From an uncultured Bacteroidia bacterium (GTDB taxonomy: Bacteria > Bacteroidota > Bacteroidia > J057 > CALDDN01), in assembly GCA_937936615.1 (NCBI GenBank), contig CALDDN010000038.1, positions 7,226 to 71,225 on the forward strand: a stretch of 64,000 bases of DNA. The letters run 5' to 3'. Shown piece after piece: positions 58,101-64,000 of the stretch (position 1 is the first letter of the stretch; every line of letters starts with the position of its first letter). Below the pieces are notes generated by a model that did no database searches, was not told where the DNA came from, and was given only the letters and a program-made list of their open reading frames with translations. The position numbers were made by a program, and so were the translations under genes.

Positions 58101-59825
58101 AACGGTGAGCTGCGCATCGAAATCTACGCGCCTCAAGCCGACCTTGCGGCAGGACTCGTTACCTATACCCTCAACAACTCGGCCCCGCCCGATCCGATGA
58201 TTGTTCCACCGCCGGTTCCGCTTTCTCCGGGCCCTCTTCAAGTCGTCGGAACGGTACCTCCAACGGGAGAAATAATCATGACTAATGTGCCGCCAGGAAC
58301 CTATACCCTGCGTGTGCGTAATTTTTCTGCTGCCAACAGCTGCGCTACTCGTGCCGGCCTCTTTGTCATCCAGATCAGTCAACCCAACCCGATTATCATC
58401 GACAACGTTCTGGTACAGAATCCCAACTGCACCAGCCGCAAAACGGGCCGAATAGAAGTCATAACCGTACCTGATCCGGCACGAACACTCGAATACTCGA
58501 TCGATAATGGTCTGACTTGGCAGCGGAGTAATGTCTTCGAGGGGCTGCGTCCCACAGACATTAACCTGGTTGACCCACCGTCACCACTTCCCCGAATTAC
58601 CCTGTATAATCTGTCGGTTCGAGATGCTGACGAGCCGAGCTGCGTGGTCGAATGGAGCCAGCGCATCAACATTCTCAATCCGGGCGGTCTGAATCTGGTA
58701 TCACAGCAGATCATCAGTCCCTCGGATGTTCTCAATGAAACCTGTCCGGGTTCCAACGACGGACAAATTACTTTCCGGCTCTATGATCTGACGACGAACG
58801 ATCCCCAGCAGCTGCCCATCAGCTACTTCCTCAACGGCAACCTGGTGCATCAAAAAAGCCAGTTTACCAATCTATCGCATACGGTTACGGGGCTTGCACC
58901 CGGCAACTATACCTTGCGAGTTACCGATAACAAGGGCTGCGAGGATGAATTGACCTTGTCGGTAGGCACCGACCTAGGCTTTACCGTAGACGTTCAGCCA
59001 ACTCCGCCGAATGCCAGCAACCCCAATTCCGGCCGCATTCGGGTTACGGTTTCGGGCGGTCGTGCCAGCGAGCCACGTCAAGCCGTTCTTTTCCGTAATG
59101 GTGTGCAGGTCGCTGCCCGTACACTTGGTTTGGGGCCTACCCAAATCACAGTTAATTTCAACAACTTGGATAATGCTTTCTATCAGGTTGTAGTACGTTA
59201 CGGCCCGCCTGCTAACGCGACCTGTTCCGAAACTCTGAACGTAGTTCTGTGCAACCAGCAGATTCCGGCCATTTCCCGTGTCAATGTTACGCCAGCTACC
59301 AACGCCGTCTGCTCCAACGGCAGTGCGGAGATTGTAACCCAAGGAGGCGGCCCGAATCTCCAGTTCGCCCTCATTCCAGCTAGCCAGTCGATCGACAACA
59401 TCGCTGCCAATCAATACCAAAGCCAGCGGCTTTTCCCAGTGGTTCCGGCTGGCAACTACACGGCAGTGGTTCGTTCGGGTGTAACCGCGCCCTTCTGTTT
59501 CAATGCCTTTCCGGTTACGGTAGGCTGCACGGCTCCGAAGCTTCAGAAATCTGCTACTGCGATGTCAGGCCTTGCCCCGGTAAGTGTTTATCCCAACCCC
59601 AACCGTGGCCAGTTTGTCGTTCGTTTCAGCACCGACCGTACCGATGAACCGGTCTTGATCACTGTGCTCGATCTCAGTGGCCGTCGCCTGGTTGAAACTG
59701 TGCTCAATGCCCAGCTGGGCGAGCAGGACCTGCCGCTTGAATTGAACGGTGCCTCATCTGGACTTTACCTCGTTCGCATTCAGCAGGGTGAGCACAGTCA
59801 GTCGGTAAAAGTGGTGGTTGAATAA
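52119..59825 (+). CDS. giant T9SS-secreted surface protein, paralog 3
   Basis: 2568 aa with a signal peptide. Same architecture: FVENRGQ module, propeller repeats, SprB-type repeats, and the CTD VSVYPNPNRGQFVVRF...LVRIQQGEHSQSVKVVVE. Confidence 0.9.
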   Translation: MQFLSLRFWVLGLVLATTWCSVLYATPQPRPYFVENRGQLRDSEGQLRPDLRYVVQTPDGAVFLRSTGLSYVFARTEHHSDRERLRSLRADVEWIGANPAPVIRTEGKPGAVIRYFLADQTIETRGVERVIYENLYPNIDLVYYTSDKGLKYDFVVRPGGNPAQIRLQYKGFGQVKLGRDGRLLSETQLGRLEEEAPVSFIQSNGQQQLVASRYELRNGTLSFQLGSYDASQTLVIDPLTRLWATNYGGSAFDRIQAVTFDNNQRINVTGTTTAVNFPVSVGAVQNSFAGQQDAFVAQFNPNGSLNWATYYGGSGTDQGWGIAFANGLLTVVGYTTSTNFPVSNALIRTTPGGSGDGFILQFNSNGTRNWATYFGGAGNDYLAGIAASPNGEAVIVGRTFSSGLATSGADQTTIGGNRDAVLLRITPSGGLIWCTYFGGGSDDQGTAVTLAPNGDILATGLTSSSNLPVTAGVVQTARPGGADSWVARYSAAGSRLWSTYLGGSGSDAAQAITSDDAGNAYITGFTGSTNFPTQNAIQAVNGGLNDAFVTGLSPTGQAYLFSTYLGGNGTDQAFGIARFQNSLYIAGASNSTNFQLVNPNAVNLPFQAGNNGFLDIFLTKINLNNNSRTWSILYGGAQDDAARTLAAEATGRIALGGYTNSPNVPLFNPLPTQPSPGLANDDALLILLEDAPDITCTPVDIRTFRVDPTCFGDTDGEIAVLEPVGPQYRYALQGPVNRPEQADQRFDNLPGGTYTVRVINTSVANCFFTLPNQVLVNPEVIQPVATATPFDCGQANGSISVVATGGTPPYRYTLVSPSGTVLVDQSLVPSFLNLSVAGIYTVQVSDSRNCSSSTTADLRQNIPFIVTAVGSPTTCGLENGVVLVTTPIPGATYELLDAASLQLIRGPQPNVRFDGVPAKTYFVRVTDPLGCSAFTDPLLIGSSSNTLRIGSVTFGTVSCNGGTTSVVVQVQGGTAPFSYTLLAGAVPINGISPVPFFTINNVPAGNVTLTVTDQDGCSAPNPFSGTINQPSPVVGLNPVFQQSNCATGQQAEARIQPSGGTPPYVVSLNGGPFTSQTIYRIADGLQVGLNTLRIRDANGCLSPEYSGTINPSNEVVIQQTISNPTLCTGQTNGSIDVLISGGQAPYTYFLNGVQQGPAGPELNRTFSDLAPGTYTVLILDGNGCFGGPRDVVVNDAPELRITSVTGRAPTFCGGLDGSLTINAVGGTGELNYQIRESNFESPFQNDPEFLALPTNFYTVVVVDANECRAETTYALNDNGAPEILNVSFTNPLCSNDPNLNATGQIIISTTLPVNPVYYSINNLVGPFVSSSTGSYTFPNLTAGTYPVVVSTSDDLLGCRAFYGPVRLTPPPPITVRLESIRQPICGANPQPGSITLSATGGSGDLFYGIRNEGFSSSPTLTGLYPRPGGIAVQVRDQNGCTVNGGDIFLFNPSGLTMPAPIVTGPACGGSMGRIRVTPTSGTLPRQYFLNGELKATNSNAFYEYTGLTGGIYDVEVRDATGCRVQTRVVMPDVAAVTISTNPPSCGQADGSIVLEMSGTGPYRYSFTGRAYTANILNGPQLVSGGPVTGQTSPITIPNLRPGVYDIEIRDESDPAACILTRTVRLFNTGGPSVVALFSQDRTCNIVNGPGQGGSITVFTNGEVQQIAVASPTVASIRQVAIGPATTFTTVVDQSGDPLPAGDYNIYVVGQNNCITDGGLRTITEPPIIRITAVDVRQPTCEAGGTNGRITVVAEGGRTLEYTIDNGATWQSSNVFDNLNSSANVIRVRVREAGDSNCFFEWPFPITLTTQSGLRITGSPTVTQPRCNGESNGSIAVNIAGGVGPFRYLLNGEPFATTSASSFTYTGLRSGNYLVRVIDSRNCGDERSIFIDQPAPIVPAVNTVIRPTACRGGEITTLTATGGDGGPYFFSLFDTPIVPYNPPPFTDLSIGTYRIYATDNRGCRGSTLYNLTGTGVPRLAINSFSGRNVTCFGADNGELRIEIYAPQADLAAGLVTYTLNNSAPPDPMIVPPPVPLSPGPLQVVGTVPPTGEIIMTNVPPGTYTLRVRNFSAANSCATRAGLFVIQISQPNPIIIDNVLVQNPNCTSRKTGRIEVITVPDPARTLEYSIDNGLTWQRSNVFEGLRPTDINLVDPPSPLPRITLYNLSVRDADEPSCVVEWSQRINILNPGGLNLVSQQIISPSDVLNETCPGSNDGQITFRLYDLTTNDPQQLPISYFLNGNLVHQKSQFTNLSHTVTGLAPGNYTLRVTDNKGCEDELTLSVGTDLGFTVDVQPTPPNASNPNSGRIRVTVSGGRASEPRQAVLFRNGVQVAARTLGLGPTQITVNFNNLDNAFYQVVVRYGPPANATCSETLNVVLCNQQIPAISRVNVTPATNAVCSNGSAEIVTQGGGPNLQFALIPASQSIDNIAANQYQSQRLFPVVPAGNYTAVVRSGVTAPFCFNAFPVTVGCTAPKLQKSATAMSGLAPVSVYPNPNRGQFVVRFSTDRTDEPVLITVLDLSGRRLVETVLNAQLGEQDLPLELNGASSGLYLVRIQQGEHSQSVKVVVE

Positions 59826-59847
59826 GCGGCTTTTCTTCCGAAATTCG

Positions 59848-59882
59848 ATGCGCCTGCCCTTTGTGGCAGGCGCATTTGTTTA
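59848..59882 (+). terminator. intrinsic terminator
   Basis: atgcgcctgcc (59848-59858) pairs with ggcaggcgcat (59865-59875), followed by ttgttt. Confidence 0.85.
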
Positions 59883-60544
59883 TGCCCGAAGTCTACCGAG
59901 CATTCGATGCTGTGTGCCATGGCTGTGTATCACTCTGGCGAGCCGATGGCCGTGAAAATGAGGTCCTGCATGCCTGCAATTCCAGCTGGCTTGCACTGCC
60001 AGCGGCTGGTTCGTCCCGCAAGCAGCTGGAACGCGAAGCAGCCCGTTGCGCGGCAGTCTCGCTGCTTGGTTCGTCTGCCTCCGGCACGCGTATATTGAAA
60101 ACAGCCGGTGGCCAGCCCATTCTCGAGGGCGATTCCCGATACGTGTCTCTTTCGCACAGCAAGGGATGGGGGGCGGCAGCCTTAGCGACTCATCCCGTTG
60201 GAGTTGATCTCGAATGGATCGACTGGAACCGTTCGCTGCAACCCGCCGAAAGGTTTATGAATCCGGCTGAGTACGCCGTTTTTCGTCGTAGCAAGCAATC
60301 CGTTTTGCACTACTTTTTGTTGTGGAGTATCAAAGAGGGCATATACAAATTGGTCAGTCATCGGTTCGAAGAAGGTCTTTCATTCCAGCGGCATTTGGAT
60401 GTTGCATTGCTGTTCGATCCCGTCAAGCAGTCCGAGGGTCTGGCACGGGCCGTTCTGCGGCATCCCCTCTTTTGCTGGCACGGCAGTTGGTGGGCTGTCC
60501 GCATATCGGGTTTTTGGCTGACTTGGGGAACCTTCCGGCCATGA
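59882..60544 (+). CDS. 4'-phosphopantetheinyl transferase (Sfp-type) superfamily protein
   Basis: VSLSHSKGWGAAALA..PVGVDLEWI and LWSIKEGIYKL match the PPTase motifs. I prefer ATG 59882 because the track start at 59861 lies inside the terminator stem. Confidence 0.75.
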   Translation: MPEVYRAFDAVCHGCVSLWRADGRENEVLHACNSSWLALPAAGSSRKQLEREAARCAAVSLLGSSASGTRILKTAGGQPILEGDSRYVSLSHSKGWGAAALATHPVGVDLEWIDWNRSLQPAERFMNPAEYAVFRRSKQSVLHYFLLWSIKEGIYKLVSHRFEEGLSFQRHLDVALLFDPVKQSEGLARAVLRHPLFCWHGSWWAVRISGFWLTWGTFRP

Positions 60545-60575
60545 AAAAACAAAAAACCCCGCGTTCGGCGGGGTT
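60544..60575 (-). terminator. intrinsic terminator of rny (read on the minus strand)
   Basis: ccccgc (60557-60562) pairs with gcgggg (60568-60573). The A run at 60544-60556 becomes the U-tract on the minus strand. Confidence 0.75.
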
Positions 60576-60599
60576 CGGATTTATAGTGGGTTTGAAATT

Positions 60600-62162
60600 T
60601 TATTTGGCGAAGGCAACCGATCGCTTTTCACGAATGACGGTAATTTTGATTTGGCCCGGATACTGCATTTCATTCTGGATTTGCGATGAGATATCGAAGG
60701 CCAGCTGATCGGTTTGCTGGTCGGATACCTCATCCGATTCGACGATAACCCGCAGCTCGCGTCCTGCCTGAATGGCGTAGGTTTTGGAAACCCCCGGGTA
60801 TTTGAGGGCCAGATTTTCCAGGTCTTTGAGTCGTTTCATGTAGGACTCGACGATCTCGCGGCGGGCACCTGGTCGGGCACCACTGATGGCGTCGCAGGCC
60901 TGCACAATGGGCGAGAGCAGCGAGGTCATTTCGATTTCGTCGTGGTGTGCGCCGATGGCGTTTAAGACCTCGGGATGTTCGTTGTAACGCTGGCAGATGG
61001 TCATGCCCAACAAGGCGTGGGGCATTTCAGGGTTTTCTTCCGAGACCTTGCCAATATCGTGGAGCAGGCCTGCGCGTTTGGCCAGCTTGGCGTTGACTCC
61101 CAGTTCCGCGGCCATGATAGCACACAGGTTGGCCACTTCGCGCGAGTGCTGGAGCAGGTTCTGGCCATACGAGGAGCGGTATTTCATCTTGCCAACCAAG
61201 CGAATCAAGTCCGGGTGCAGGCCATGGATGCCCAGATCGATGGCTGTTCGCTCGCCTACTTCCATGATCTCCTCGTTGAGCAGTCTGGTCGTTTTGTTGA
61301 CCACTTCTTCGATGCGGGCGGGGTGGATGCGCCCGTCGGCTACCAGTTTGTGCAGTGAAAGGCGGGCGATTTCGCGGCGCACAGGGTCAAAGCCCGAAAT
61401 GATAATGGCTTCGGGCGTGTCATCGACGATGATTTCGACACCGGTCGCTGCTTCCAGAGCACGGATGTTGCGGCCTTCGCGGCCAATGATTCTCCCTTTG
61501 ACTTCGTCGTTCTCCAAGTGAAAAACCGATACGGCATTTTCGATCGCGTTTTCCGCTGCCGTGCGTTGAATCGTCTGGATGACAATGCGCTTGGCTTCGC
61601 GGTTGGCGGTCATTTTAGCCGTTTCGACGATTTCCTTGGATTGGGCTGCTGCAATCGAGCGGGCTTCATCCTTCACCAGTTCCACCATTTGGTTGCGAGC
61701 CTCTTCCCGAGTCAGACCAGCGATCTTCTCTAATTGCTGAAGCTGCTGGTTGCGCAGCTTTTCTGCTTCTTCGAGACGACGGTTGAGCACTTCGGCTTGT
61801 TCGGCCAGACTTTCGCGGACCGCTTCCACCTGTTGCTGTTCTTTCTTAGTCTGCTCGTATTTCTGGTTGAGGGTCGTTTCTTTTTGCTTTACACGCTGCT
61901 CGGCGGCCTGAAGCTTTTGGTCGCGTTCGCGGTATTCGTTTTCTTGCCGGGTTCTCAGGTCCTGTAGTTCGGCTTTGGCTTCCAGTAGTTTCTCTTTCTT
62001 CAAGGTCTCGGCTTGCGCCTGGGCCTCACGCAACAGGGCATCGGCTTTCATGCGCGATGCCTCTTCCAGTTTATTGAATTGCTTTGCGAGCAGAAATCGG
62101 TCGAGCAGCACCCCGGCAACCAAGCCGGCTATCGCTGCGACAATCAGTAGTACGACATCCAT
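60600..62162 (-). CDS. rny: ribonuclease Y
   Basis: N-terminal TM helix ([20 protein letters not shown] from cat at 62160-62162), a coiled coil, a KH domain ([15 protein letters not shown]) and an HD domain (LLHDIGK). Confidence 0.95.
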   Translation of the reverse strand: MDVVLLIVAAIAGLVAGVLLDRFLLAKQFNKLEEASRMKADALLREAQAQAETLKKEKLLEAKAELQDLRTRQENEYRERDQKLQAAEQRVKQKETTLNQKYEQTKKEQQQVEAVRESLAEQAEVLNRRLEEAEKLRNQQLQQLEKIAGLTREEARNQMVELVKDEARSIAAAQSKEIVETAKMTANREAKRIVIQTIQRTAAENAIENAVSVFHLENDEVKGRIIGREGRNIRALEAATGVEIIVDDTPEAIIISGFDPVRREIARLSLHKLVADGRIHPARIEEVVNKTTRLLNEEIMEVGERTAIDLGIHGLHPDLIRLVGKMKYRSSYGQNLLQHSREVANLCAIMAAELGVNAKLAKRAGLLHDIGKVSEENPEMPHALLGMTICQRYNEHPEVLNAIGAHHDEIEMTSLLSPIVQACDAISGARPGARREIVESYMKRLKDLENLALKYPGVSKTYAIQAGRELRVIVESDEVSDQQTDQLAFDISSQIQNEMQYPGQIKITVIREKRSVAFAK

Positions 62163-62255
62163 GAATGTTGGGATAAACCATGTATATATGTTGAACCAGC
62201 CCGATCGATCGGGCAACAGATTATGTGAGACCGGCTTGGAGATCGGGCGCGGGAG

Positions 62256-62561
62256 TCAGAGCTGAGCCTGCAGGGCCGACATCGACGAGTCGATCAGCTC
62301 GTTAATTACCTCGAGCTGTTGCTGGAGCTGGCTGCGTCCTTGCTGGTGTTCGTGTTCCGACTTGACGTATTCATTGGCTATGTCGAGGCAGCACATCAGT
62401 ACCAGAAAAGGCTCGTCGCGGATGTTGAATTTATCGCGGTAGAGGGCCAGCTTATCCTCTATCAGCTGTTTGGCCAGCCGGATACTTGCCTCTTCAGCCT
62501 GGTTCACCATCATGGGGAAGGTGCGGCCCAGCAAGTCAATTTTGATTTGATAGCGTTCCAT
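62256..62561 (-). CDS. zapA: cell division protein ZapA
   Basis: 101 aa. The pattern MERYQIKIDLLGRTFPMMVNQAEEASIRLAKQL... fits ZapA, and the position upstream of rny is typical for Bacteroidota. Confidence 0.8.
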   Translation of the reverse strand: MERYQIKIDLLGRTFPMMVNQAEEASIRLAKQLIEDKLALYRDKFNIRDEPFLVLMCCLDIANEYVKSEHEHQQGRSQLQQQLEVINELIDSSMSALQAQL

Positions 62562-62593
62562 GTACAGTTGGTTTCGCAGGCTCTGGTGGCTCG

Positions 62594-62902
62594 TCAGCTC
62601 AAGTGCTTCAGAGCCTCATCCACTCGGGCGATGAGTCGGTCGAGCCACCGCCGCATATCCTCTCGTTGCGATTCCTGTTCGAGTCTCGTTGCTAATTTAC
62701 TAACTTTCAGTTGCAATTCTAAGGCCTCGGCTTTTTCGCGCCACTGGTCGCGTTCCCGCTCCAGTTTGGCCTGAGCGGTTTGCAGTTCGGTCATGGCCTG
62801 CCCCTGCCGGCGACAGAGCCGCTGCAGGCGGCGCAAGCGTACCAGCGTGGCTTTAAGCTGTGTCTTGAGCTGCGCGGGTGTCGGTTCCAGAGGCGCGTCC
62901 AT
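62594..62902 (-). CDS. small coiled-coil protein (hypothetical)
   Basis: About 100 aa, heptad-rich (LQTAQAKLERERDQWREKAEALELQLK). It is co-directional with zapA and immediately upstream of it. Confidence 0.5.
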   Translation of the reverse strand: MDAPLEPTPAQLKTQLKATLVRLRRLQRLCRRQGQAMTELQTAQAKLERERDQWREKAEALELQLKVSKLATRLEQESQREDMRRWLDRLIARVDEALKHLS

Positions 62903-62958
62903 AGAGCAGCCCAATTTTATCCGTAATTTTGAATAAAGCCAATGGCTGCCCTCCTTCG

Positions 62959-63717
62959 ATGCTGCTGGAAACCCAACAGTTGGTCAAAAAATACCGCGAA
63001 CGCCTCGTCGTTGACGATGTGAGCATCTGTGTTCGCCAAGGTGAAATTGTGGGCCTCTTAGGTCCCAATGGTGCGGGCAAGACTACAACTTTTTACATGG
63101 TTGTGGGCCTGATCCGTCCCAACAAAGGCCGCATTCTGCTCGAGGGCCGCGATATTACGGCATTGCCCATGTACCGACGCGGGCAATTGGGAATTGGCTA
63201 CCTGCCTCAGGAAGCTTCGGTGTTTCGGCGGCTTTCGGTACAGGACAACATTCTGGCCATTCTTGAGATGCGGGGCGGGCTGCGGCGTAAACAAATGCTT
63301 GAAAAGACAGACCAACTGCTCGAAGAGTTCAGCCTGACTCATGTTCGCAAGAATCTGGGCAATCTGCTCTCGGGCGGCGAACGCCGACGCACCGAGATCG
63401 CCCGCGCTTTGGCCGTCGACCCGCAGTTTATTCTTCTGGATGAGCCTTTTGCCGGGGTAGACCCCATCGCCGTTGAGGAAATCCAGCAAATTGTCATCAA
63501 ATTGGTGCATCGCAATATCGGAGTGCTCATCACCGACCACAATGTGCAGGAAACCTTGAGCATCACCGACCGCGCCTACCTGCTCTTTCAGGGCAAGCTG
63601 CTCAAGTCGGGAACGGCTGAGGAACTTGCGTTGGATGAAATGGTCCGCAAGGTATACTTAGGAACGAATTTTGAACTGAAAAGACCGGCCGTCAGCCGAC
63701 ATGCGACAACTTCTTGA
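62959..63717 (+). CDS. lptB: LPS export ABC transporter ATP-binding protein
   Basis: Walker [10 protein letters not shown], signature LSGGERRR, Walker [14 protein letters not shown] prefer ATG 62959 ([12 protein letters not shown]) to the TTG at 62929. Confidence 0.9.
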   Translation: MLLETQQLVKKYRERLVVDDVSICVRQGEIVGLLGPNGAGKTTTFYMVVGLIRPNKGRILLEGRDITALPMYRRGQLGIGYLPQEASVFRRLSVQDNILAILEMRGGLRRKQMLEKTDQLLEEFSLTHVRKNLGNLLSGGERRRTEIARALAVDPQFILLDEPFAGVDPIAVEEIQQIVIKLVHRNIGVLITDHNVQETLSITDRAYLLFQGKLLKSGTAEELALDEMVRKVYLGTNFELKRPAVSRHATTS

Positions 63718-64000
63718 GCGATTGGCAGCGGGTTGGTTCCGCCGCCGCACCCGCCGTTTCAAATCGTGGATGCAACACCCCGACAAGGTGCAGCAGCTTT
63801 TATTCGCCCGCTTGATCGAACAGGGCAAAAATACTGCTTTTGGCCGCCAGCATCGATTCGACTCCATCCGTTCGGCTGATCAATATCGTGAGCAGGTGCC
63901 CATCCGCACCTATGAACAGCTTTTTCCCTGGATCGAGCGCAGTCTGCAGGGCGAAGCCGATGTGCTCTGGCCCGGACGGGTCAGCTGGTTTGCCAAGTCC
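63701..64000 (+). CDS. GH3 auxin-responsive-promoter family protein; 5' part only, continues beyond the window
   Basis: My translation from ATG 63701 reads [13 protein letters not shown]...[57 protein letters not shown], the typical N-terminus of bacterial GH3 proteins. It overlaps the lptB end by 17 nt. Confidence 0.8.
   Translation, partial: MRQLLERLAAGWFRRRTRRFKSWMQHPDKVQQLLFARLIEQGKNTAFGRQHRFDSIRSADQYREQVPIRTYEQLFPWIERSLQGEADVLWPGRVSWFAKS

Noticed and set aside
38520-58756. Many minus-strand and off-frame ORFs (up to 431 aa) inside the three giant genes.
   Set aside because: They are shadows of long repeat-rich plus-strand genes. Their compositions are Arg/Gly/Ser-rich, and the plus-strand frames run uninterrupted for 6.9-7.9 kb.
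1-64000. A search by eye for CRISPR arrays, tRNA/rRNA genes, IS elements, integrases and long inverted or direct terminal repeats.
   Set aside because: None were seen. The repeats present are protein-coding SprB-type repeats inside the giant genes and short intergenic palindromes listed elsewhere.

Overview
This 64-kb window looks like a moderately GC-rich Bacteroidota chromosome. The signs are Por/T9SS-type C-terminal sorting domains, TAnnTTTG -7 promoter motifs, and an RNase Y-ZapA / LptB / GH3 neighbourhood. It is possibly Cytophagales- or Hymenobacter-like, but the lineage cannot be proven from here. There are no rRNA or tRNA genes, CRISPR arrays, transposases or integrases. From left to right: (1) 1-8.8 kb holds housekeeping genes (crotonase, thioredoxin-fold protein, udk, rdgB, pyrG, a PAS protein, a membrane Fe-S oxidoreductase) and a solitary beta-class DNA methyltransferase. 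(2) 9.1-14.8 kb is an RND efflux operon (adaptor, pump, TolC). (3) 14.9-20.2 kb is a tightly overlapping carotenoid cluster (CrtD-like, crtI, crtB, fused lycopene-cyclase-domain protein, crtW). (4) 20.3-24.4 kb holds a VWA protein, a ChlI-like AAA+ ATPase, a DUF218 protein and a DUF697-SHOCT protein. (5) 25.1-33.5 kb is the main hunt result: two very large co-directional genes between AT-rich non-coding flanks. The first is a ~1780-aa DExH helicase with a DUF1998-type domain and a C-terminal PD..DxK nuclease-like module. The second is a ~1020-aa SNF2-family ATPase. The domain content recalls DISARM (DrmD + DrmA + DrmB) and Druantia DruE, but there is no methylase, no PLD nuclease and no other partner genes. 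I treat it as a candidate undescribed defence (or DNA-repair) cassette. (6) 33.8-36.8 kb holds purK and ahcY, separated by a structured divergent intergenic region. (7) 37.1-59.8 kb holds three tandem paralogous giant T9SS-secreted proteins (2305, ~2590 and 2568 aa) built from beta-propeller and SprB-type repeats, each with its own promoter-like motif and terminator. (8) 59.9-64 kb holds an Sfp-type PPTase, rny, zapA, a coiled-coil protein, lptB and a GH3-family gene that runs off the window. Most long minus-strand ORFs in the track are antisense shadows of GC-rich genes and are rejected.
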